Positions 1 through 7,391 of a DNA stretch of 64,000 nt are shown one piece after another. Position 1 is the stretch's first letter. Every line of letters starts with the position of its first letter. The notes under the pieces are model-generated. The model ran no database searches and was not told the DNA's origin. It saw only the letters and a list, made by a program, of their open reading frames with translations. The translations under genes and the position numbers were made by a program. The stretch is taken from positions 148,634 through 212,633 of the forward strand of contig CAJTJT010000001.1 of assembly GCA_910576915.1 (NCBI GenBank), written 5' to 3'. The stretch is from an uncultured Elusimicrobiales bacterium. GTDB lineage: Bacteria; Elusimicrobiota; Elusimicrobia; Elusimicrobiales; Elusimicrobiaceae.

Positions 1-1
1 T

Positions 2-583
2 TTCCTGTACAAGCATTTTTCCGTCAGTCTGTTTAACGGCGCGCAGGTGCGCGCGGAACAACCGGCCGACGTTTCGGCCCCCGCAGAAGAGACGCTGCCT
101 GTGGTTGACGTAGAAACCGTAATGCCGATTGAAACCACTTCCGTGGCCGCCGCTCCCGCGGAGGCGAAACCCGAAAAAGTGCAGCCCGCCGCGCCGAAAG
201 AAAAACCTGCGGCCGAACCCGTGGAAGTGCCTTTGACGGCGCTTATCCCCGCCGAACCCGCCAAAGCGGAAGAACCGAAAGCGGAGCCCGAAGAGAAACC
301 CGCCGCCGAAGCCAAAAAAAGCGTGATTGTGGCCGTGAATCCCAAGAGCTCCAAATACCGCCGCGTAACGTTCCGCTGGTTTGGCGAAGGCAAAAAAGTT
401 TCCATCGTAAGCGGGTTTACCATGTCCAAACCCCAGCCGCTTAAAAAGAAAAACGGTTATTGGGAAACGACGCTTTCCATCGCGCCCGGGACGTATAAGT
501 TCTTATACATTGTCGACGGCGTGAATACGCGGGACCCGTACGCCGAAGAAAAAGACGGCCGTTCCGTGTTAATCGTTGAATAA
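2..583 (+). CDS. 5'-truncated surface/secreted protein: Pro/Ala/Glu/Lys-rich linker plus C-terminal CBM48 / AMPK-beta-like glycogen-binding domain
   Basis: The reading frame stays open to the window edge. The C-terminal motif VTFRWFGEGKKVSIVSGF...GYWETTLSIAPGTYKFLYIVDGVNTRDPYAEE is typical of CBM48/AMPK1_CBM. Confidence 0.6.
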   Translation, partial: FLYKHFSVSLFNGAQVRAEQPADVSAPAEETLPVVDVETVMPIETTSVAAAPAEAKPEKVQPAAPKEKPAAEPVEVPLTALIPAEPAKAEEPKAEPEEKPAAEAKKSVIVAVNPKSSKYRRVTFRWFGEGKKVSIVSGFTMSKPQPLKKKNGYWETTLSIAPGTYKFLYIVDGVNTRDPYAEEKDGRSVLIVE

Positions 584-604
584 ATTTAATGTAAAACTAC
601 AAAG

Positions 605-633
605 AGCCCCGTTCGTAAGAGCGGGGTTTTTTT
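605..633 (+). terminator. Rho-independent terminator
   Basis: Stem CCCCG/CGGGG followed by a T7 run, directly after the stop at 583. Confidence 0.7.
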
Positions 634-645
634 AAAGGTGCCCGT

Positions 646-1287
646 ATGAAACAAAAACCAAATCCCCTTACGCTGTTCCCCGTGCACGGCTGTAAAACGG
701 TGACGTATGTAAAACCGGCGGTAAAAAATCCGAACATTATCGTAGGCGAGTTTACGTATTTTGGCGATACGGATTTTGAAAAACACGTTACGCACCATTA
801 TGATTTTTACGGAGATAAATTAATTATCGGCAAATTCTGCCAAATTGCCGCCGGAGTTAATTTTATTATGAACGGCGCCAACCACCAAATGAACGCCGTA
901 TCCACATTCCCTTTTTATATTTTTGAGGGTTGGGAACAGCCCGTGCCGCCGCTGGCGCAAATGCCTTACAAAGGCGATACCGTGGTGGGAAACGACGTGT
1001 GGATCGGCCAGAACGCCACTATTTTGGCGGGCGTTCACATCGGAGACGGAGCGATTATCGGCGCAAACAGCGTAGTGGGGAGCGACGTTCCCGCCTATAC
1101 GGTCGTTGTCGGCAATCCGGCGCGGCCGGTGCGGAAACGGTTTGACGAAGAACTGACGGGGTTGCTCCTGAAATTGCGTTGGTGGGATAAAAGCGTGGAG
1201 GAAATCAACGCGCTGATTCCCGTCCTCTCTTGTAGTGATTTGGGCAAAGTAAAACAGGAAATAAAAAAATTGCTTGAAGCAAATTAA
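646..1287 (+). CDS. vat: Vat-family streptogramin A O-acetyltransferase (xenobiotic acetyltransferase, hexapeptide repeat)
   Basis: Near-colinear resemblance to Vat(D): HYDFYGDKLIIGKFCQIAAGVNFIMNGANHQMNAVSTFPF, KGDTVVGNDVWIGQNATILAGVHIGDGAIIGANSVV, GNPARPVRKRFD, LRWWD. Confidence 0.85.
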   Translation: MKQKPNPLTLFPVHGCKTVTYVKPAVKNPNIIVGEFTYFGDTDFEKHVTHHYDFYGDKLIIGKFCQIAAGVNFIMNGANHQMNAVSTFPFYIFEGWEQPVPPLAQMPYKGDTVVGNDVWIGQNATILAGVHIGDGAIIGANSVVGSDVPAYTVVVGNPARPVRKRFDEELTGLLLKLRWWDKSVEEINALIPVLSCSDLGKVKQEIKKLLEAN

Positions 1288-1328
1288 AACCCCCCGGCAT
1301 AGCTGAGAGAGCGACTTTACATTTACAG

Positions 1329-1359
1329 CCCCTTCGCAAGTGTTTGCGGAGGGGTTTTT
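1329..1359 (+). terminator. Rho-independent terminator after vat
   Basis: Hairpin CCCCTTCGCAAG..TTTGCGGAGGGG followed by TTTTT. Confidence 0.65.
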
Positions 1360-1470
1360 ATATTGTGCAAATTATCAAATGCTGTGCGCCGCACCTTCCA
1401 GGCCAGCCCCTGCGAGCCGCATCCTGCGGACCGCCTCCTGCCCCTGGCAAGTGTTGTTACGTGGCTATGT

Positions 1471-1540
1471 GACATGTCCGAAACAGTGTGGCTTAAACGA
1501 GTCTAATGAGGGCGGTGGGTAAGGGAGGGACGGCTCGGTC
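1471..1540 (+). repeat. 70-nt upstream module, copy A (GACATGTCC..AACAGTGTGGCTTAAAC.AGTCTAATG..GCGGTGGGTAAGGG..GGCGGCTCG)
   Basis: About 85-90% identical to 1683-1752 and 28023-28092. Here it is followed by TTGCAG-N16-TATATT rather than the poly-T promoter. Confidence 0.8.
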
Positions 1541-1682
1541 TTGCAGACTGGCGAATACCCCCTATATTGTTCCCTTCTAACTAAAAGCTACCGTCTATTA
1601 CTAAACTCCGGCCAGGCCGGAATGCCTGCCCCCGACAAGACCCTGCGGGCGGCTATACGGGGCTCGCCTGTTCGTAGGTAGC

Positions 1683-1752
1683 GACATGTCTTAAATAGTG
1701 TGGCTTAAACTAGTCTAATGGGGGCGGTGGGTAAGGGCGGGGCGGCTCGCCC
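1683..1752 (+). repeat. 70-nt upstream module, copy B
   Basis: Same module as copy A, abutting the poly-T promoter at 1754. Confidence 0.8.
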
Positions 1753-1753
1753 C

Positions 1754-1781
1754 TTGACCCGTTTTTTTTTTTTGATAATAT
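1754..1781 (+). promoter_or_regulatory. Poly-T-spacer promoter (TTGACC-CG-T12-GA-TAATAT, extended -10 TGn)
   Basis: -35 TTGACC at 1754-1759, T12 at 1762-1773, TGaTAATAT at 1773-1781. One of six near-identical copies in the window. Confidence 0.7.
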
Positions 1782-1814
1782 GGGGATAATTCTGAGTAAA
1801 GGGGGATATATCCT

Positions 1815-2381
1815 ATGTATAAAAATGCCGTCATTCTGAATTTATTTCAGAATCCAGCCGTTAATAAAACAGAATCTTCTGCATGGATGCTGAAACAAGT
1901 TCAGCATGACAATAAGCACAAAGGCTTTACACTTATTGAGTTGTTGGTTGTCGTATTAATCATCGGTATATTATCAGCCGTGGCGCTACCGCAATATGAA
2001 ATTGCGGTAATGAAGAGTAAAATGAATTCTCTTTTGCCCGTCATGCGTGCCATCAAAGACGCTAACGAAGTGTATTATATGGCAAACGGCGTATATGTGG
2101 ATGATTTGAACCAACTGGATGTTTCGATAGACGGATTGGATACTGCCAACAAAGTCGCCGGGAGGTTGGATTTTTCAAATAACACTTGGATAGATCAATA
2201 TGCGGGAAGCGACTGTCCTACCGGAAACTGTAAGGTTTTAGGCGGGCTGGGGGTCTTCTCCCAGTCTAATACCAAGTGTTACATCTCCATTTATTATGAT
2301 CATTCGGTCCGGCCTGGAAGGGTGGAGTGTGGCGGGGGACATCCTAAATGTGCCCGCGTGTGTAAAAGTTTGGGGTTTTAG
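1815..2381 (+). CDS. Type IV pilin-like protein (prepilin-type N-terminal cleavage/methylation domain)
   Basis: KGFTLIELLVVVLIIGILSAVALPQYE motif. A GGGGGA Shine-Dalgarno lies 9 nt before ATG1815. ATG1887 is an alternative in-frame start. The unusually long leader is encoded by two palindromic repeat elements. Confidence 0.85.
   Translation: MYKNAVILNLFQNPAVNKTESSAWMLKQVQHDNKHKGFTLIELLVVVLIIGILSAVALPQYEIAVMKSKMNSLLPVMRAIKDANEVYYMANGVYVDDLNQLDVSIDGLDTANKVAGRLDFSNNTWIDQYAGSDCPTGNCKVLGGLGVFSQSNTKCYISIYYDHSVRPGRVECGGGHPKCARVCKSLGF
1829..1910. repeat. Two GTCAT..ATGAC-type palindromic elements inside the pilin 5' region
   Basis: Inverted repeats ATTCTGAA/TTCAGAAT (1833-1853) and ATGCTGAA/TTCAGCAT (1887-1907). 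They belong to the same family as 4390-4646 and 31760-31850. Confidence 0.75.
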
Positions 2382-2401
2382 AAATTTTTGACGTTCCCGA
2401 A

Positions 2402-2941
2402 TTACAGGGCCGTTCCTTTTTTGGGGACAAAGAAGTTAGCCATATTTACGCCTTCGTGCGCGAGCAGCTGGATTTTTAAGTTAATGCCGCCCGCATAGCC
2501 CGTCAAATTTCCATTCGCGCCGACTACCCGGTGGCAGGGAATAATAACCGAAATCGGGTTATGCCCCACTGCGCCGCCGACCGCCTGCGAGGACATTTTG
2601 GCAAGCCCTTTTTCTTTGGCGATTTTGTTGGCAATATCCCCGTACGTAATCACTTGTCCGTAAGGAATTTCCCGCAGGATTTTCCATACGGCTTGCCGGA
2701 ACGCGCCGCCTGCGGGCGCAAGCGGAAGCTCCGCAATATCCGGCCGCGCACCTTGAAAATAGCGGTCCAGCCAGGTTTTGGTTTGGCGGAAAATATCCAA
2801 ATCTTCTTTTTCTTGCACGCGGCCGTAAAGGGTGCTTTCAAAATACTTTTGGCCGTCAATCCACAGCCCGGCGAGGTTTTTGCCGTCGCTGACGAGCGTC
2901 ATGTTACCCAAAGGAGATTTGTAAAAGGTTTTATAGTACAT
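2402..2941 (-). CDS. ogt: Methylated-DNA--protein-cysteine methyltransferase
   Basis: Active-site motif IIPCHRVVGANG, and typical size. Confidence 0.9.
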   Translation of the reverse strand: MYYKTFYKSPLGNMTLVSDGKNLAGLWIDGQKYFESTLYGRVQEKEDLDIFRQTKTWLDRYFQGARPDIAELPLAPAGGAFRQAVWKILREIPYGQVITYGDIANKIAKEKGLAKMSSQAVGGAVGHNPISVIIPCHRVVGANGNLTGYAGGINLKIQLLAHEGVNMANFFVPKKGTAL

Positions 2942-2942
2942 A

Positions 2943-3587
2943 TTATTTCCTTGTGTTGGCGGGAGCGTAGTCTTTCATTCCGCTCACCGCGCCACCCGCC
3001 ACCGCCCAAAAATAGAGGCTTGCTGTTGAACAATACGGGCTGAAGCGTTTGCGGTATTTTTCAAAAAGGGGTTTTGTTATTTTTCTGTGGTGGTAGAGCA
3101 TGCGCAGGCCCCTCTGTATTCCGAGGTCTTGATAACTGAGGATATTGGGTCTTTCCATGCAGAACAGTAAAATCATTTCCGCAGTCCATACGCCTATTCC
3201 CGCCAGGGCGGAGAGTTCTTTGACGGCTTCTTCATCCGTTTTGTTCCAAATGCCGTTTAGGTCAAATTTGCCGTTTTGGATTTTTTGGGCAAATGCAGTT
3301 ATGTATCCGGCTTTTTTAAACGTCATGCCAAAGGATTGAAGTTTAGTCTCTCCGGCTTTCAATACTTCTTGCGGGGAGAGTTTTGGCAAATCGTCAGTAA
3401 GTTTTTTCCAAACGGCGGCCTGGGCTTTTGCGGAAATTTGTTGTCCGACGATATGATGAATGACGGAGGAAAATAAGTCTTTATCCGTCGGCCTTTGGAT
3501 ATATCCCACCCGGTCTATAATGGAGGCAAGTTTTTTACATTTGCCTTTTAGGTAGCTGATTTCTTTTTGACCGTACGTAAAATACAT
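2943..3587 (-). CDS. alkA: DNA-3-methyladenine glycosylase II (HhH-GPD family)
   Basis: HhH-GPD-like LSALAGIGVWTAEMILLF...D motif. The gene is adjacent to ogt with a 1-nt gap. Confidence 0.8.
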   Translation of the reverse strand: MYFTYGQKEISYLKGKCKKLASIIDRVGYIQRPTDKDLFSSVIHHIVGQQISAKAQAAVWKKLTDDLPKLSPQEVLKAGETKLQSFGMTFKKAGYITAFAQKIQNGKFDLNGIWNKTDEEAVKELSALAGIGVWTAEMILLFCMERPNILSYQDLGIQRGLRMLYHHRKITKPLFEKYRKRFSPYCSTASLYFWAVAGGAVSGMKDYAPANTRK

Positions 3588-3692
3588 TTTTCGCCTCCTG
3601 GGGAAATGTTATGCCGGGGCCGTACCAGCAAGAACGGCCCCGGTGAGGTTACGACTAATCGCCCCAGGTTTCGGCGCCCGGGACGGCAGGAT

Positions 3693-4301
3693 TTAACAAT
3701 TAAAACTGCGTTTGATGATGCTTCTTACAATGCCTTCCACGTGGAAAGACGTTTTATCCGCCACAATCGGGTTATAGGACGGGTTTTCAGACTGCAAGAT
3801 AACGTTTTCTCCGTCCTGCGTAAAGCGTTTGACCATTACTTCCCCGTTATTGACGCAGACCACCACGTCTTTGTTTTTCGGCTGGCGGCTTTGTTCTACA
3901 ATCAGCCAGTCGTGCGGCGCAATCAACCGTTCCATAGAATCGCCTTTGGCTTCCACCATGAAGCCTTTGCACGCGGGGAAATACACCATGCTTGGGTCCA
4001 CGGGCACGATGCGGGTGGGTTCCCCGTCCAAAATCGTTCCTTCCGGCCCGCATTTGGCCATGCCGTACATTTTAAGATAAATGACGTTGCGCTCCGGGTC
4101 TTTCAAAATAATATAGTCGCGCGGATTGGCGGGGTTGCGTTTCAGATAGCCTTTCTTTTCCAACTGTTTGATATGGTGGAACACCACGCTTTTGCCGCTT
4201 ACGTTTAAGCGGTCGGCCAGTTCTTCCATCGTCAGCGGGTCCGAGATGTTTGTTTTTAAAATTTCCAACAATTCTTCTTGTTTGGGGTGAAGGGCTTTCA
4301 T
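3693..4301 (-). CDS. lexA: LexA-type SOS repressor (wHTH + S24 peptidase)
   Basis: N-terminal wHTH (MEELADRLNVSGKSVVFHHIKQLEKKGYLKR), the S24 serine motif GDSM, and the Lys motif VMVKRF. Confidence 0.85.
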   Translation of the reverse strand: MKALHPKQEELLEILKTNISDPLTMEELADRLNVSGKSVVFHHIKQLEKKGYLKRNPANPRDYIILKDPERNVIYLKMYGMAKCGPEGTILDGEPTRIVPVDPSMVYFPACKGFMVEAKGDSMERLIAPHDWLIVEQSRQPKNKDVVVCVNNGEVMVKRFTQDGENVILQSENPSYNPIVADKTSFHVEGIVRSIIKRSFNC

Positions 4302-4328
4302 ACCGCGCTCCTTTAAACTTTTTATATC

Positions 4329-4348
4329 GTTCTATACTTTGTTCTATA
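4329..4348 (-). promoter_or_regulatory. Candidate LexA operator: direct repeat GTTCTATA-N4-GTTCTATA (TATAGAAC on the lexA strand)
   Basis: Two identical octamers at 4329-4336 and 4341-4348, about 30-45 nt upstream of the lexA start, overlapping its presumptive promoter. Confidence 0.35.
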
Positions 4349-4389
4349 ATTTTTTGAGAAAAATGTAAAGGGGTTTTTGATACCATCAG

Positions 4390-4646
4390 TCATCCCGTAG
4401 TATTTGGCAGTCTGCAGGGTTCAGGGGAGCTCGTTGTTATTAATTAGGTCATCCTGAATGGACGTTGTTCAGGATCTACTGATTTTAAGAAAAAAGGGAG
4501 ATCCCGAGCAGAAACACCTCGGGATGACTGTTAAATAACAACAGATTCCCGAACGCTGCGCGCCACTTACACGCTTGGGAATGACGTGAGTGCAATCCGT
4601 CGACAGCTTGTATCAAAAGGGAAGCAAAAAGTGCCGTCATTCTGAA
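4390..4646. repeat. Cluster of GTCAT..ATGAC palindromic (REP/MITE-like) elements
   Basis: Complete units at 4448-4476, 4500-4528 and 4545-4585, plus half-units at 4390 and 4636. Confidence 0.75.
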
Positions 4647-4679
4647 AAAATAAGGCCCCTGTTCTTACGCAGGGGCCTT
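4645..4679 (-). terminator. Rho-independent terminator of the gal operon
   Basis: Stem AAGGCCCCT/AGGGGCCTT, followed on the minus strand by a T6 run. Confidence 0.75.
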
Positions 4680-4684
4680 GGCTT

Positions 4685-6190
4685 TTACAACTTTTTAATA
4701 AACCTTCCAAACGCTTCTTTGCCCTCGGGCGTGCGTTTGTAAATGCCCGCGTATTCCAATACTTTGGCGAATACTTTGCCCACCTCCGCGCGCAGGATTT
4801 CGGCTGCGTTATCCTTGGTAAACGTATGTTTTGTAAGGAGTTCTTCCGCCCAGTCCGCGTGTTTTTTTAGCGTTTCGCTCTTACGTATGGCCGCCATATC
4901 TTTTTTGACGAGTAGCGGCGCAAGGTCCGCCAGTTCCTTTGCCAGCCGCGCGGGCAAAACCGCGAGCCCCATTACTTCGATGAGGCCGATGTTTTCCTTT
5001 TTAATATGGTGAACTTCGGCGTGCGGGTGGAAAATGCCGAGCGGGAATTCTTCCGTCGTGCGGTTGTTGCGGAGCACAAGGTCCAGCTCGAACGCTTTTC
5101 CGCGCCGCCGTGCAATCGGTGTTACCGTGTTGTGCGGCGTATCTTTCGTCTTGGCTAAAATGTCCGCTTTCGGGTCGCTGTAAGCGCGCCATTTTTTAAG
5201 GATATAGTCGGCGGCTTCTATCAAATCTTTCTTGCTCCCGTTTAAGCGGATGACGCTCATCGGCCATTTGACGAGGCCGGCTTTCACGCGCGGGAATTTC
5301 GCCATTTTGAATACGGTTTCCACGGGGGCCTTTTCCATGGCGAACACGTATCGGCCTCCCTGGAAATGGTCGTGCGTTAAAATGGAGCCGCCCACAATCG
5401 GCAAATCGGCGTTGGAGCCGATAAAATAATGCGGCAGAAAATCCACAAAATTTAAAAGGCGCGCAAAACTTTTTTTGGTCAGTTTCATCGGCTCGTGCTT
5501 GCCGGAAAGGAAAATACAGTGCTCGTTGTAATATACGTAGGGGGAATACTGCAAATACCACGGTTCGCCGTCTTTTAACAAATCAAGCGGAACAAGGCGC
5601 AGGTTTTGGCGCGCGGGGTGATTAATCCGCCCCGCATACCCTTCGTTTTCTTTGCATAAAAGGCACGACGGGTAGGAGGACTCTTTGACGCTGAGCGCGG
5701 CGGCGATGTCTTTCGGGTCCTTTTCCGGTTTGGACATATTGATGGTAACGTCTAAATTCCCGTACGGGGTGCGGGCTTTCCAGGCCAGGTTTTTGGCGAC
5801 GCGTTCTGTGCGGATGTAGTCGAGGGCGCATGCGTCGTGATAAAATTTATCCGTCGCCGTTTTGGGGGATTTTTTATGGATGCGGAAAAATTCGTCCGAA
5901 ACTTCGGACGGGCGCGGCGCAAATACGCCCATCAGTTTGGTGTCAAACAAATCCCGCTGGGTGACGGTATCGGGCGAAATGAGGCCTTGTTTGGCGGCCC
6001 AGTCGCAGATGTTTTTTAAAATTTCGCACGGATACGCGGGCGTTTTGCCTTTAAATCCGCTGGGGGTATAGTCGGACAAGTGCAAAATTTCCAGCAGACG
6101 GTTGACGGCCCAGGCGCGGTCGCGCGCGGGCAGGAGTTTTTCGTTCACGGCATAAGAAACCAACTGGTCAATCAGTAAATTGATGTCCAT
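4685..6190 (-). CDS. galT: Galactose-1-phosphate uridylyltransferase, family 2 (long form)
   Basis: Motifs NMSKPEKDPKDI, NHPARQN, YSPYVYYNEHCIF, GSNADLPIVGGSILTHDHFQGG and HIKKENIGLIEVMGLA. The start was set at MDINLL (AGGAGA Shine-Dalgarno) rather than the ORF-track start at 6229. Confidence 0.9.
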   Translation of the reverse strand: MDINLLIDQLVSYAVNEKLLPARDRAWAVNRLLEILHLSDYTPSGFKGKTPAYPCEILKNICDWAAKQGLISPDTVTQRDLFDTKLMGVFAPRPSEVSDEFFRIHKKSPKTATDKFYHDACALDYIRTERVAKNLAWKARTPYGNLDVTINMSKPEKDPKDIAAALSVKESSYPSCLLCKENEGYAGRINHPARQNLRLVPLDLLKDGEPWYLQYSPYVYYNEHCIFLSGKHEPMKLTKKSFARLLNFVDFLPHYFIGSNADLPIVGGSILTHDHFQGGRYVFAMEKAPVETVFKMAKFPRVKAGLVKWPMSVIRLNGSKKDLIEAADYILKKWRAYSDPKADILAKTKDTPHNTVTPIARRRGKAFELDLVLRNNRTTEEFPLGIFHPHAEVHHIKKENIGLIEVMGLAVLPARLAKELADLAPLLVKKDMAAIRKSETLKKHADWAEELLTKHTFTKDNAAEILRAEVGKVFAKVLEYAGIYKRTPEGKEAFGRFIKKL

Positions 6191-6198
6191 AGACTCTC

Positions 6199-7173
6199 CT
6201 AAAATTTGCGGTGTTGTTCCCAATTCCATGCCGTTTCGATAATGCGTGTGAGGTTGTATTCCGGCTTCCAGCCCAGCACTTTTTGCGCCTTCGTGCTGTC
6301 TGCCACCAGTACGGCCGGGTCGCCCGCGCGGCGCGGCGCAACTTCCACTTTAAAATCAATCCCCGTAATTTTTTTTGCTTCGTTAACGAGTTCCGCCACG
6401 GAAAAACCGTTTCCGCTGCCGAGGTTAAAGCGTTCGCTTACGTTGTCTTTAAACATTTTTTCCAACGCAAGGATATGCGCGCGCGCCAAATCGTTAACGT
6501 GTACGTAATCGCGCACGCAGGTGCCGTCGTGGGTGGGGTAGTCATTCCCAAACATTTTAATGGACGGACGTTTTCCGGCGGCCGCTTGCAGGACGATGGG
6601 GATTAAATGCGTTTCCGGGTCGTGCGATTCGCCGATGTTGCCCGAATCGTCCGCGCCGCTGGCGTTAAAGTAGCGTAAGGCGGTGGATTTTAAACCGTAG
6701 GCCGTATCAAAATCCGAGAGCATTTTTTCCACCATCAACTTGGTGTTGCCGTACGGGTTAATGGGCCGCTGGGGGTGGGTTTCGTCGATTTTTTCTTTGA
6801 CGGGTTCGCCGAACGTGGCGGCGGTGGAGGAGAACACAAAGTATTTGACGTTATTTTCCACCATAGCGTCCAAGAGGTTTAGCACCTTGGCGACGTTGTT
6901 GTGGTAGTATTTGGACGGTTCTTTGACGCTTTCTCCCACCTCGATAAACGCGGCGAAGTGCATTACGGCGTCGATGTGATGTTTTTTAAACACTTCGGCA
7001 AGGCGCGCTTTGTCGCCCAAGTCGCCCAGTTCAAAGGGATAGTCTTTTACGGCTTCGCGGTGGCCTTTGGAAAGGTTGTCAAATACGACGGGATTATAGC
7101 CCTTTTCGGCCAGCATTTTGACGGTGTGGGAGCCGATGTAGCCGGCCCCGCCTATGACTAAAATATTCTTCAT
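6199..7173 (-). CDS. galE: UDP-glucose 4-epimerase
   Basis: MKNILVIGGAGYIGSH Rossmann start with a GAGGAAAAAATG RBS. SDR Y..K-type body. Confidence 0.9.
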   Translation of the reverse strand: MKNILVIGGAGYIGSHTVKMLAEKGYNPVVFDNLSKGHREAVKDYPFELGDLGDKARLAEVFKKHHIDAVMHFAAFIEVGESVKEPSKYYHNNVAKVLNLLDAMVENNVKYFVFSSTAATFGEPVKEKIDETHPQRPINPYGNTKLMVEKMLSDFDTAYGLKSTALRYFNASGADDSGNIGESHDPETHLIPIVLQAAAGKRPSIKMFGNDYPTHDGTCVRDYVHVNDLARAHILALEKMFKDNVSERFNLGSGNGFSVAELVNEAKKITGIDFKVEVAPRRAGDPAVLVADSTKAQKVLGWKPEYNLTRIIETAWNWEQHRKF

Positions 7174-7391
7174 TTTTTCCTCGCAATAAATGTTAAATAT
7201 GGGTTCTTCCAAATTTGGCGTCAATTTTATTTTTTATTCACTTGCGTACCGAGAGTCACTCCGTTCCCGTTCTTCCGTGTACGCGGCGTTCATAAGAAAA
7301 TAAAATTTACATACGCTTCGCTTCCTTACAGGTCCAAATTTGAAAGAAATATTAGTTTGCTTTGTAAAAATTCCGGCAACTTAAAAGCGAA

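Noticed and set aside
1340-1522. 60-aa ORF (and 27917..28117) sharing the peptide CPKQCG
   Set aside because: The similarity is caused by the 70-nt non-coding repeat module. The frames are not conserved outside it and they lack an RBS.
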